From Candidatus Falkowbacteria bacterium (GTDB taxonomy: Bacteria; Patescibacteriota; Patescibacteriia; Patescibacteriales; UBA12465), in contig CP066698.1 in the NCBI GenBank assembly GCA_016432645.1, positions 901,062-965,061 of the forward strand: a stretch of 64,000 nt of DNA. The letters are read 5' to 3'. This document shows, in pieces, positions 48,164-57,484 of this stretch. Made by a program: the position numbers and the translations under genes. Position 1 is the first letter of the stretch. Each line of letters starts with the position of its first letter. Below the pieces are notes generated by a model that had not been told where the DNA came from, made no database searches, and was given only the letters and a program-made list of their open reading frames with translations.

Positions 48164-49453
48164 TTATTTAGCAGTAATATCCGCTAAACCGCGGCGTACA
48201 TCCCAGTCATCCAAATCCAAATCGGCGTAAAGTTTGAGATTGGGAAATTTTTCACTTAAAGCCGCATACATTTTATGGGCAATGCTGCGCAGTGAAGGAT
48301 GGACGGTTTTATTTGATCTTAATTCGGTTACGTAGACGGCGGCCGGTAGCGGGAAGCTGAAATAACAATCAACATTAAAGCCCATAGCAATATAGTATTG
48401 TTTTATTTCCGCGCTGGCCTCTAAAGTATCAATTTTTGCTTTTTGCTGGGCGATCAGTTCTATGGCTTCGGCACGCATATCTTCCGGCAGTTGTTCTAAA
48501 TACCAATCGGCAAAGCCTAGGTCAGTGGTTAGCAGGGGCATACGGCAGATCCCGCTGCGATGGCGCTGAATATCGCGGAAAGAACCGAAGTCCAAAATAA
48601 ATTTAAAATTACAAAGCCCTAAATCTCCCAAAAATACCGGCAGGGATGTTTTTAGCGGTCGGTTGTCTAAAATTTCTTGATAAGCTGCTAAATCTTCAAG
48701 CTTAATATCGCTGGAGAAGGAAAAATCAACGGCTTGGTCGGGTTTAAAATAAGCATACTGGCCGACGCATTCTTCTCGATATTTTTCTTGTTCGTCTGTC
48801 GGTTGATGAGAAAAGCTATGTTCGTATTTTTCTTTTAATTTTTCCAGAATGGTATTGGCGCTATCGCGCACCTCTATTAACGGATGATGTCGTAGCAGGG
48901 CTAAATGATCCCAAGCTTGGCGCAGATTAGTATGCCAGCTTAATTGGGTTGTTATGCCAGCTGGTAAAAATCCTCGCATAATATCAAAACCGCGCGCTTT
49001 GATGGCTTTGCTATAAACCAATTCGTTTTCATCATCACGGCGCGGATATTTGGTCATAAGAAAGGCCTGAATTCGTTCTTGGTTATCATTATAAAATTTC
49101 ATCCAATTGTCTAAAATGTTCTTGGATTCAGCGCTGGCGATTGGGTCGATAATAGCGCGGCTGCCCATATCTATGTATCTAGTGCTGGTTTCTTGGCCGC
49201 TGTAAAGTTGCCAATCTTGGATAGCTTTGTCGCCGACTATACTGATGTCCTCAATAAAAATAGTAGTGCTGCCGCAATCGGCGATACTGGCATGGCCATA
49301 GCCGACATAGAAAGTAGCCATAAATTTACCGGAACCGCTTTGTTTAACTTTTTCCACGTGTTCGGTAACGCTTTTAGGACTGCGTGAATATAGCGCCTGC
49401 ATCATCGCTACATCTTCCGGGTTAAACTCATCGTAGATAAAAATATTGGACAT
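48164..49453 (-). CDS. long ThyX-like (flavin-dependent thymidylate synthase family) protein
   Basis: 429 aa. HASIADCGSTTIF and QETSTRY lie in the first half, while FRDIQRHRS and TELRSNKTVHPSLRSIAHKM lie in the second. It is about twice the usual ThyX length. Confidence 0.55.
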   Translation of the reverse strand: MSNIFIYDEFNPEDVAMMQALYSRSPKSVTEHVEKVKQSGSGKFMATFYVGYGHASIADCGSTTIFIEDISIVGDKAIQDWQLYSGQETSTRYIDMGSRAIIDPIASAESKNILDNWMKFYNDNQERIQAFLMTKYPRRDDENELVYSKAIKARGFDIMRGFLPAGITTQLSWHTNLRQAWDHLALLRHHPLIEVRDSANTILEKLKEKYEHSFSHQPTDEQEKYREECVGQYAYFKPDQAVDFSFSSDIKLEDLAAYQEILDNRPLKTSLPVFLGDLGLCNFKFILDFGSFRDIQRHRSGICRMPLLTTDLGFADWYLEQLPEDMRAEAIELIAQQKAKIDTLEASAEIKQYYIAMGFNVDCYFSFPLPAAVYVTELRSNKTVHPSLRSIAHKMYAALSEKFPNLKLYADLDLDDWDVRRGLADITAK

Positions 49454-49472
49454 AGTTTAAAATTTATTTAAC

Positions 49473-49988
49473 TTAATATTTTGCCACATCATTTGATAAA
49501 AGTACATACTCTATACCCGCTTCTTTAAAAATCTCCCGACTGCGAGCCCCGGCCTGATAATCAAGAGCGCAAACAACGCGTTTGATACCGGCGTTGATAA
49601 TCATTTTGGCGCAGGTATAGCAAGGGGACATCCGGCAATATAAAGTTCCGCCCTCTAAAGCAATTCCCATTCTTGCGGCTTCACAGATTGCATTTTGTTC
49701 GGCATGAACAGTACGGATACAATGTTGGGTTTGACTGCCGTCCTCATGAGTAACGGTGTGCATTTCGTGACCAACTTCGTCGCAATGAGGTAAGCCCATT
49801 GGTGCGCCAACGTAGCCGGTGGACACAATGCGCCGGTCGCGAGTGATAACACAACCAGTTCGTCCCCGATCACAAGAACCGCGGCTAGCAACCATTTCCA
49901 CAATTTTCATAAAGTATTCATCCCAAGAAGGGCGATGATATGGCTCCTGGGAGCTCTCATTTTTGGCAGTTAATTTTTCTTCATTCAT
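49473..49988 (-). CDS. dCMP deaminase (ComEB-type cytidine/deoxycytidylate deaminase)
   Basis: It has the zinc motifs HAEQNAI and PCYTCAKMI. The ATG at 49988 is preferred; an alternative ATG at 50042 adds 18 hydrophobic residues. Confidence 0.85.
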   Translation of the reverse strand: MNEEKLTAKNESSQEPYHRPSWDEYFMKIVEMVASRGSCDRGRTGCVITRDRRIVSTGYVGAPMGLPHCDEVGHEMHTVTHEDGSQTQHCIRTVHAEQNAICEAARMGIALEGGTLYCRMSPCYTCAKMIINAGIKRVVCALDYQAGARSREIFKEAGIEYVLLSNDVAKY

Positions 49989-50179
49989 ATTTAAAATATT
50001 TATCAAAATAACTAAAAAATTAAGCGTTCTTTCTATACCCATTTTAATATATTATTACAATAAAATAAATCTTGACAGAAGTCATTTTTATGTCATTTAG
50101 GCCTTTTAAAAAGCGCCAAAAGGGGTTAGAATGATAGTAGGAGAATGATTGAGCTTATAATAATTTGCCTTTTAATTTT

Positions 50180-50446
50180 ATGTTAAGTAAATTTAAAGAA
50201 AATTTAGCTAATAATAAAGAACTTCTTCTAAAAGTTAAGGTTTTTCCGCTTTCTTCCCGCAATGAAATAAAGGGTATAATGACTGATGGTACAATTAAAA
50301 TCGGGATTAACGCTCCGGCCGAAGATAATAAGGCTAATAATGCTCTAATTAAGTATTTAGCCGACGAATTAGGCGTTCGGCGCTACCAAGTAGAAATCAT
50401 CAGCGGCGCTCTTGATCGCGTCAAAGTAATCAAGGTTGGCCGCTAA
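50180..50446 (+). CDS. DUF167 (YggU-like) protein
   Basis: LLLKVKVFPLSSRNEI...INAPAEDNKANNALIKYLADELGV...VEIISG is the typical DUF167 pattern. The ATG at 50180 is preferred over the TTG at 50165. Confidence 0.7.
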   Translation: MLSKFKENLANNKELLLKVKVFPLSSRNEIKGIMTDGTIKIGINAPAEDNKANNALIKYLADELGVRRYQVEIISGALDRVKVIKVGR

Positions 50447-50452
50447 TTTATT

Positions 50453-51289
50453 ATGGATTTGTCTATCATTATTGTCTCCTGGAAGGTGAAAGAAAAATTA
50501 CGCCTTAATTTAAAAGCTCTCTATGAATCGGAGGGTAATTTTAAATCGGAAATATTTGTCGTCGATAATAACTCTCAAGATGGGAGCGTGGAAATGCTTC
50601 AGAATGAATTTCCGCAAGTAAAATTAATTGCCAACCAAGAAAATTTAGGGTTTGCTAAAGCTAATAATCAGGCTCTGCGCTTAGCTTCCGGCCGCTTCAT
50701 TTTATTGCTCAATCCGGATATGCTTGTTTATCGTAATTCCTTGGCTCAGATTTTAGCTTGGGCACAAAATAATGAACAGGCAACGGTTACCGGCTGCCGC
50801 TTGGTTGATGACCAAGGGAAAATTGTCAAACAAATTAGAAAATTTCCTAAATTTTTTGATCAGCTGATGGTAGTTTTAAAATTACCTCATCTTTTTCCAA
50901 GTTTGCTTAATCGCTATTTATGTCCACGGTTTGATTATAGTTTGGCGAGCCGCGTAGACTCTATCCGTGGCGCCTTCTTTTTAATAAATACCGCCAACTA
51001 TCAAAAAATCAGCGGTCAGCCTGTGCCTTTTTTAGATGAACGCTATTTTATTTGGTTTGAAGAAGTTGATTTTTGCCGCCAGGTTTATAAATTAGGGGGC
51101 GAAGTTTGGTATACGCCAGCCGCCGCCTGCCTGGATTATGTCGGCCAAAGTTTTAAGCAAGTGGCCCGTTTAAGAACTCAGCTTTATTTCCGCGACTCGA
51201 TGCTTAAATATTTTAAAAAGTGGGAACCGGCTTGGCAGGCTCAAGCGCTGGCGTTAGCTTGGGGATTGGTGAAAATTTTCGTTAAATAA
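50453..51289 (+). CDS. family 2 glycosyltransferase
   Basis: LSIIIVSW, VVDNNSQDGS and LLNPDM (DxD-like) are present. Confidence 0.85.
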   Translation: MDLSIIIVSWKVKEKLRLNLKALYESEGNFKSEIFVVDNNSQDGSVEMLQNEFPQVKLIANQENLGFAKANNQALRLASGRFILLLNPDMLVYRNSLAQILAWAQNNEQATVTGCRLVDDQGKIVKQIRKFPKFFDQLMVVLKLPHLFPSLLNRYLCPRFDYSLASRVDSIRGAFFLINTANYQKISGQPVPFLDERYFIWFEEVDFCRQVYKLGGEVWYTPAAACLDYVGQSFKQVARLRTQLYFRDSMLKYFKKWEPAWQAQALALAWGLVKIFVK

Positions 51290-51293
51290 GATT

Positions 51294-52361
51294 ATGAATA
51301 GATTGGTAGGCGTTGTTTTAGTAAATTATCAAGATTACGCGGAGCGGTTTCTGACGGCTTGCCGCGATTCTTTGCGCGCGCAAGATTATCCGGCCGCTAG
51401 TTTTAAAATTTATTTGGTTGACAATGCCTCTTCGGAAAAAAGCCGCGCTTATTTGCACGGTTGTTATCCGGAGGCTAAGATTTTAGAGCGCGGTGATGGC
51501 AATTATTGTGCGGCCAATAATTTAGGATTTGCCGAAGCCATTAAAGACGGTTGCGAATATTTAGTGGCTCTTAATATGGATACGGAGATGAAACCTGACT
51601 GGTTGCATAAATTAGTTTTAGCACTAGAAGATAATACGGAGGCCGCTATTGCTCAATCTAAAATATTGCTTTATCCGCAAACAGAAGCCGAAAAAGAAAA
51701 TCCAAAAATTAATACGCTCGGCAATCGTTTAAATTTTCTAGGTTTTGGTTTTACCTCGGCTTATCGTGAAGCTGATCGCGAAATCAGCGCCTATCCGGAA
51801 ATCAGCGGCTATGCCAGCGGCTGCTGTTTGATGATTAGAAGAGAGGTCTTTGAATCAGTCGGTGGCTGGGACGACAGTTACTACATGTATCATGATGATA
51901 TTGAATTAAGCTTAAAAGTTCGCTTGGCAGGCTATAAAATAGTTTTAGCACCGCAATCAGTCGTTTTTCATAAATATGAGTTTAAGCGCAGCGTCCGCAT
52001 GCTTTATTATATGGAGCGCAACCGTTATTTATTGGCTTTTGGCTTTTATCCTTTGCGCCTGTTGATATTTTTAGCGCCGGCCTTTATAATTATGAGCTTA
52101 GGGATGCTGGCTTTTGCGCTCGCCAAAGGCTGGGCGCCTACTTGGTTTAAGGTTTGGGGATTTTTTCTTAAACCAGCAACCTGGATAAATATCCGTCAAG
52201 CGCGCGCTAGGATAAAATGGATCAGCAAAGTTCCTTTTTCAATCGTAGCTAAAAATTTAGAAAGCCGAATTGATTTTTCGGAAATTAATAATCCGCTCTT
52301 AAAATATGTAGGCAATCCACTGCTTCGACTTTATTGGAAAGGCGCCAAAAAATTAATTTAA
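51294..52361 (+). CDS. family 2 glycosyltransferase with C-terminal TM segments
   Basis: VGVVLVNY, LVDNASSE and YMYHDDIELSLK are present, with two hydrophobic helices near the C-terminus. Confidence 0.85.
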   Translation: MNRLVGVVLVNYQDYAERFLTACRDSLRAQDYPAASFKIYLVDNASSEKSRAYLHGCYPEAKILERGDGNYCAANNLGFAEAIKDGCEYLVALNMDTEMKPDWLHKLVLALEDNTEAAIAQSKILLYPQTEAEKENPKINTLGNRLNFLGFGFTSAYREADREISAYPEISGYASGCCLMIRREVFESVGGWDDSYYMYHDDIELSLKVRLAGYKIVLAPQSVVFHKYEFKRSVRMLYYMERNRYLLAFGFYPLRLLIFLAPAFIIMSLGMLAFALAKGWAPTWFKVWGFFLKPATWINIRQARARIKWISKVPFSIVAKNLESRIDFSEINNPLLKYVGNPLLRLYWKGAKKLI

Positions 52362-52362
52362 T

Positions 52363-53178
52363 ATGGATTTATCAATTATTATCGTTAATTATAAAAGTAA
52401 GGATAAATTAAAGAATTGCTTGGATTCTATTTTTAAGGCTGATTGGCCGGGTGTCAAATTGGAAGTAATTGTGGTTGATAATTTTTCTCAAGATAATTTG
52501 AGTAATTTAGATATTGAATACCCTAACTTGCGCTTAATTACCAGCGTCCGTAATTTAGGCATGGGCGGCGGTAATAATTTGGGGATTGCGGCGGCAACCA
52601 GCGAATATGTTTTAGTCCTTAATCCGGATACAGTCATCGGAAAAAATTCAGCCATCATCCTGCTGAACTATTTAAAAAATAATCCTGATGTTGGGTTGGT
52701 CGGTCCTAAGCTTCTTTATCCCGACGGCAGTTTGCAATTGTCTTGTTCTAATTTTCCTGGATTTTTCATCCCGATTCTGCGCCGCACTTTTTTAGGGAAT
52801 TATTTCAAAAAAGTTCGTGACAATTTTACCATGAATGATTTTGACCATAATTCCATTAAGGAAGTTGATTGGTTGATGGGCTCATGCCTGATGTTTAGAA
52901 AAAAACAGGTTACTCCCAAAAATGAAGAATTTTGGCCGCGTTTTGATGAGCGTTATTTTATGTATTTTGAAGACACTGATTTAGCCCGGACCTTTAAAAG
53001 CCGGGGTTTAAAAGTTATTTATAATCCGGAAGCAGTGGTTATTCATGATCATGCGCGCGAGAGCGCCAAGCATCCCTGGTATATTGCGGTCTTTACCGAT
53101 CGTTTAGCCTGGATTCATATAATTTCTTGGTTTAAATATTTTATAAAATGGGGTTTTAGCCCTAAGTTTAAAAGATAA
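52363..53178 (+). CDS. family 2 glycosyltransferase
   Basis: LSIIIVNYKS, VVDNFSQD, LNPDT and YFEDTDL are present. Confidence 0.85.
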   Translation: MDLSIIIVNYKSKDKLKNCLDSIFKADWPGVKLEVIVVDNFSQDNLSNLDIEYPNLRLITSVRNLGMGGGNNLGIAAATSEYVLVLNPDTVIGKNSAIILLNYLKNNPDVGLVGPKLLYPDGSLQLSCSNFPGFFIPILRRTFLGNYFKKVRDNFTMNDFDHNSIKEVDWLMGSCLMFRKKQVTPKNEEFWPRFDERYFMYFEDTDLARTFKSRGLKVIYNPEAVVIHDHARESAKHPWYIAVFTDRLAWIHIISWFKYFIKWGFSPKFKR

Positions 53179-53183
53179 AAAAT

Positions 53184-54059
53184 ATGCAAAAGATTAGAAA
53201 AGCTATTTTTCCGGTAGCCGGATTTGGTACTCGTTTTTTGCCGGCCACCAAAGCCCAGCCTAAAGAAATGTTGACCGTGGTCGATAAGCCGGTTATTCAA
53301 TACTTAGTAGAACAGGCAGTGGCTGCCGGCATTGAAGAAATTATTTTTGTCACCGGCCGGGGCAAGCGCGCCATTGAAGATCATTTTGACTATTCGTTTG
53401 AGCTGGAAAAAACCTTAGTTGAAAAAAATAAGCTCGATTTAGTTAAGAAGGTTAAGGAAATTGAAAATTTGGCGAAATTTTCTTATGTCCGCCAGCCGAT
53501 TCCTTTGGGAGACGGCCATGCGGTTCTTTGCGCCTCGCATTTAATCGGCGAAGATGAAGCGGTCTTGGTGATGTTCGGCGATACTTTGTATGACGCCGAA
53601 GTTTCCCCGGTTAAGCAGGTAATTGATGTTTATGAGAAATATGGCGATACGGTTATCGGCCTATCAGAAGTTAAGCCGGATGAGGTCAGTCAGTTTGGAG
53701 TAATGGGCGGAGTAGATTTGGGTGAAGATATTTATGAAGTAAGAAAATTTATTGAAAAGCCAAAAATGAGCGAAGCTCCTTCTAATTTAGTACAGGTCGG
53801 AATTAATGTTATTACTCCGGAAATAATTAATATTTTGAAAAACATGAAGCAAGGGAAGTCCGGAGAAATCAGATTGGCTGATGCTTATGATGAAATGTTA
53901 CAGCAAGGGCGGCCGCTTTACGGCAAAAAAATAAGCGGCGAGTGGCTGGATACCGGCAATAAATTTAACTTTATTAAGGCCACTTTAAAGTTAGGCCTTA
54001 AGAATGAAGAAGTAAAAGATAAGCTCCAGGAGTTAATTAATGATTTAAGCCAAAAATAG
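53184..54059 (+). CDS. galU: UTP--glucose-1-phosphate uridylyltransferase
   Basis: KAIFPVAGFGTRFLPATKAQPKEML and VEKP-type motifs are present. Length is 291 aa. Confidence 0.9.
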   Translation: MQKIRKAIFPVAGFGTRFLPATKAQPKEMLTVVDKPVIQYLVEQAVAAGIEEIIFVTGRGKRAIEDHFDYSFELEKTLVEKNKLDLVKKVKEIENLAKFSYVRQPIPLGDGHAVLCASHLIGEDEAVLVMFGDTLYDAEVSPVKQVIDVYEKYGDTVIGLSEVKPDEVSQFGVMGGVDLGEDIYEVRKFIEKPKMSEAPSNLVQVGINVITPEIINILKNMKQGKSGEIRLADAYDEMLQQGRPLYGKKISGEWLDTGNKFNFIKATLKLGLKNEEVKDKLQELINDLSQK

Positions 54060-54061
54060 AC

Positions 54062-55387
54062 TTATTGGAGCAGCAGCTTGTATAAACCAGGCTGATTATC
54101 AATATTTGCTTGAAAATATAATAGGTTATTTTTTTCGTCTAGCGCTAAGTCATTAATATTTAGAGCTCGAGCGATTGAAGTTACCGTGCCTGTTTGGAGA
54201 TCGGCGGCGTTTAGGTTGCTAGCAGTGGAAAAAATGAAATAACGGCCGCTATGGTGCCAGATAATATCATTTATCGCTTCACTAACCCGGGTAATCAGAA
54301 ATGATTTCCCGGTTTTGATATTAAAGGTATTTATTTCCCAATCATTATGATAAATTATTTCTTCGCTATTTATCCATGACCAGCTTTTAATGCCTTTAAT
54401 TACCGTAGTATTATTTATAGATAAGGGGTCTATTAAATATAAAGTTAAATTTTGATTATCGTAAAGACAGAGGTAATTGGCGTGCTCTTGCTTGAACGAA
54501 TAATTGCCAACGGTCGGCAATTCTAATTCTTCTAGCTTGGCCCCAGTTTTTAAAGAATAGCTCTTCAGCGATATTTTATTGCCAGTTTTAACGACCGCAA
54601 AAATAGTTTCTCCGCGCGGTTCGTAGCTTAAATAATTCTCGCCCTTCAAAAGTACGGTCGCCGTTTTATTTCCCGATTCTAGACGATTAATGGCATAAGC
54701 GGTGGCGTAATATATGTAATCGTCATTTTCGCTGTAATACCAAGAATTCACGCCGGCACCGACAATGGTTGTCAAATCTTGAATGCTGTTGTTGCCAAAA
54801 TCTAATATTTTTCCGCCCGCAAACAATTTATCGCCATTTTTAATCCAGTGCCCGCCAGTGTTATCGCTTGCTTTAATCGGCGATAAGCCGTTATCTTTTA
54901 AATTGATTATTTGTCCGCTGGTTTTTAAATAAATATAGCGGCCATTACCGTTAATTAAAGGGGCTGAGAGATTGCTGCTTAGGAATAGTGGTGAATCGGA
55001 ACGAAAAAGATTAATGTCCTCGGCAAAGGTTGTTTGCCCGGAGTCAATGCGAATTTTTTTTTCGTAAGGCCAATAGCCCTCTCTTTCCAAACGCAAAGCA
55101 TACTCTCCGGGAAGAATATTTTTTATTTTATTGGGAGTTGTTAGGAAGTCTTTTTTAAATAAACTGAAGACCGCGCCCGTCTGTTCTTTGCCGTTTAAAA
55201 AGATATAAGCATTTTTAGGCACAGTCGCAACATTAAGCATGCCGGTTTTTTGCAAGAGGCGGTTAAATTTTAAAGGCCAGCTTAGATTGAATTTATAGCC
55301 GGAAGCGTATAGCGAAATTAAAATTGTCATTATCGAAAAAATGACAATAAAAATATAAAACAAACAGTCTCGGACTTTTTTGGACAT
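54062..55387 (-). CDS. membrane-anchored PEGA-domain protein with a beta-propeller-like C-terminal region
   Basis: It has an N-terminal TM helix and a PEGA-like segment (VATVPKNAYIFLNGKEQ...PGEYALRLEREGYWPYEKKIRI), followed by a repetitive beta-rich region. Confidence 0.6.
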   Translation of the reverse strand: MSKKVRDCLFYIFIVIFSIMTILISLYASGYKFNLSWPLKFNRLLQKTGMLNVATVPKNAYIFLNGKEQTGAVFSLFKKDFLTTPNKIKNILPGEYALRLEREGYWPYEKKIRIDSGQTTFAEDINLFRSDSPLFLSSNLSAPLINGNGRYIYLKTSGQIINLKDNGLSPIKASDNTGGHWIKNGDKLFAGGKILDFGNNSIQDLTTIVGAGVNSWYYSENDDYIYYATAYAINRLESGNKTATVLLKGENYLSYEPRGETIFAVVKTGNKISLKSYSLKTGAKLEELELPTVGNYSFKQEHANYLCLYDNQNLTLYLIDPLSINNTTVIKGIKSWSWINSEEIIYHNDWEINTFNIKTGKSFLITRVSEAINDIIWHHSGRYFIFSTASNLNAADLQTGTVTSIARALNINDLALDEKNNLLYFQANIDNQPGLYKLLLQ

Positions 55388-55392
55388 AATAG

Positions 55393-56652
55393 TTATTCTA
55401 CACGGCTGATATCGGCGCCGATACTTCTTAATCTAACATCTAATTTTTCGTAGCCGCGGTCAATTTGATAAATATTGTCTATTTCGCTTGAGCCTTCAGC
55501 GGCTAAAGCGGCGATTACTAAAGCAATGCCGGCACGGATGTCCGGGCTGATTATTTTTTTGCCGAATAATTTGGTCGGACCATTGATAACCACGCGGTGC
55601 GGATCGCACATAATAATATTTGCCCCCATTTGCGAAAGCATATCCGTCCAAATCAAGCGCCGGTCATAGATAGTTTCCTGGATTAAAGAAATCCCTTGCG
55701 TCTGGGTCATAAGAACAGCATAAGGTGATTGCAAATCGGTGGGGAAACCCGGATATTCATGGGTTTTAATACCGTAAGCTTTAATATTTTCTGATTTTTT
55801 AATTAATAACCAGTCGGCGCCAGTTTCATAGTTAACGCCAATTTTTTTAAATATCGCTAACAGATTTAAAATATGTTCCGGATTGCAGTGAGTAATTTTT
55901 AATTCAGATTTAGTGGCTGCAGCCAGTAGCGCAAAAGAACCGGTTTCCATACGATCAGGGATTATTTCACATTGGCCGGCATTAAGTTCGGTCACCCCGT
56001 CAATAGTTATTGTCGGCGTGCCGCTGCCGCTAATTTGCGCCCCCTGGCTATTAAGATATTCAATTAAAGCTTCAATTTCCGGTTCCATGGCGCAGTTCTT
56101 TAAAATTGTTCTTCCGGGAATAAGGCAGGCGGTCATAATTAAGCTTTGAGTGCCGGTGACACTCACGGTAGAAAAGAAATATTCAAAATTATGAAGTTTA
56201 GCGGCGCTGATGTGATAAAATTTCTCGCTAATTTCAACTTTGGCCCCCATTGCCTCAAACCCTTCAATAAAGAGGTCTATTGGCCGGCCAGCAGCTCCGA
56301 TAACACAGCCTCCGGGATGAGGGAAGCTAACTTTGCCAAAACGGGCCAATAATGGACCGACAAACATGACTGAAGTTCTAAATTTATCGGCAATTTTGGG
56401 GTCAAGCTCAGTTTTGCTAACTTTAGAGGTATTTATGGTTACTTGGTTAGTTGTGCGAGTAATATCAGCCCCTAAGTCGGCTAATAGCTCTAATGATTTA
56501 TCTACCCCGTCTATTTCCGGTAAGTTACTGATAGTTATCGTTTTTTTCGACAGTAAAGACACGGGAAGCATTATTTGAGCGTTATTTTTAGCACCGCCAA
56601 CGGCAATTTCTCCGGAGAGTGATTTGCCGCCGTTAATTACGAATTTAGGCAT
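55393..56652 (-). CDS. murA: UDP-N-acetylglucosamine 1-carboxyvinyltransferase
   Basis: 419 aa. It has GAKNNA and the active-site region PGGCVIGAAGRPIDL, with the EPSP-synthase fold layout. Confidence 0.95.
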   Translation of the reverse strand: MPKFVINGGKSLSGEIAVGGAKNNAQIMLPVSLLSKKTITISNLPEIDGVDKSLELLADLGADITRTTNQVTINTSKVSKTELDPKIADKFRTSVMFVGPLLARFGKVSFPHPGGCVIGAAGRPIDLFIEGFEAMGAKVEISEKFYHISAAKLHNFEYFFSTVSVTGTQSLIMTACLIPGRTILKNCAMEPEIEALIEYLNSQGAQISGSGTPTITIDGVTELNAGQCEIIPDRMETGSFALLAAATKSELKITHCNPEHILNLLAIFKKIGVNYETGADWLLIKKSENIKAYGIKTHEYPGFPTDLQSPYAVLMTQTQGISLIQETIYDRRLIWTDMLSQMGANIIMCDPHRVVINGPTKLFGKKIISPDIRAGIALVIAALAAEGSSEIDNIYQIDRGYEKLDVRLRSIGADISRVE

Positions 56653-56739
56653 AATAATTGTATTGACAGAATATTAATAATTAGGTATTGATAAAGCCCC
56701 AATTTTATGAGAGCCGCTGACATAACTATAAATCATTTA

Positions 56740-56766
56740 TTGACATTTTTCAAATATTTGTATAAT
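56740..56766 (+). promoter_or_regulatory. putative rplU promoter (TTGACA, then TGTATAAT)
   Basis: TTGACA is at 56740-56745 and TATAAT at 56761-56766, preceded by TG. The spacer is only 15-16 nt, which lowers confidence. Confidence 0.4.
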
Positions 56767-56854
56767 ATGGATTTATTCAGAATAAGCTCTGATTTTTTAT
56801 TATAAAAAACGCTGATTTAAAACTTAGACTTAGATTAGCGCGTTTACAAGACAT

Positions 56855-57163
56855 ATGTCAAAAATTGCAGTTATTAAAACCGGCGGCAAACAATATAAAG
56901 TCGCGGAGGGTGAAATTTTAAAGGTGGAGAAGTTAGCGGCCGAAAAAGGCGCTAAGCTTAATTTAGAAACTCTTTTAATTATTGATGGCGATAAAGTAGA
57001 AATCGGTCAGCCGAGTTTAGGTGAAAAAGTTGAGGTAGAAATCGTTGATAGCGGTAAGGCTAAAAAAATTACCGTTGTTAAATACAAGAATAAGACCAGA
57101 TACAAAAAAACTGTCGGCCATCGCCAACAGTTCACCGCTATTAAGATTGCTAAAATTTCTTAA
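56855..57163 (+). CDS. rplU: 50S ribosomal protein L21
   Basis: The product is MSKIAVIKTGGKQYKVAEGEILKVEKL...GHRQQFTAIKI. Confidence 0.95.
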   Translation: MSKIAVIKTGGKQYKVAEGEILKVEKLAAEKGAKLNLETLLIIDGDKVEIGQPSLGEKVEVEIVDSGKAKKITVVKYKNKTRYKKTVGHRQQFTAIKIAKIS

Positions 57164-57186
57164 ATTCGTTAATTAGTTTTGCCAAT

Positions 57187-57225
57187 AAAAAACCGCTTTA
57201 ATTTATTTTTTAGAGCGGTTTTTTT
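57187..57225. terminator. bidirectional terminator shared by rplU and the convergent small membrane protein gene
   Basis: ACCGCTTTAA / TTAGAGCGGT forms a 10-bp stem (one G-U pair) with an 8-nt loop, flanked by A6 and T7. Confidence 0.7.
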
Positions 57226-57484
57226 GTTTGGCTTTTTTTAGGGCTCTTCTGATTTTTATTTTGTTCAAGAAAAGCTTTTTCTTGTGAATCAGAACCTTTA
57301 CTAATTTAGCCAATTTTCTCGGCAATTGCCGGGCATTTTTAGAATTAGGGTTTAGGTTAGCTAGAGCAAATATAATCAGCTCTACTTGGCCGGAGACGCG
57401 GCTGCTAAAGAACCCAATAATATAAAAAATCCCGAGGATTAGAGCCAAGAGAATGACGATGCCGATAATTGTTAAGGTTAACAT
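57203..57484 (-). CDS. small membrane protein with a polybasic C-terminal tail
   Basis: 93 aa. It has an N-terminal TM helix (LTLTIIGIVILLALILGIFYIIGFF) and a Lys/Arg-rich tail. A strong GGAGGA motif sits 6 nt upstream of the ATG (complement of 57491-57496). Confidence 0.6.
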   Translation of the reverse strand: MLTLTIIGIVILLALILGIFYIIGFFSSRVSGQVELIIFALANLNPNSKNARQLPRKLAKLVKVLIHKKKLFLNKIKIRRALKKAKQKNRSKK

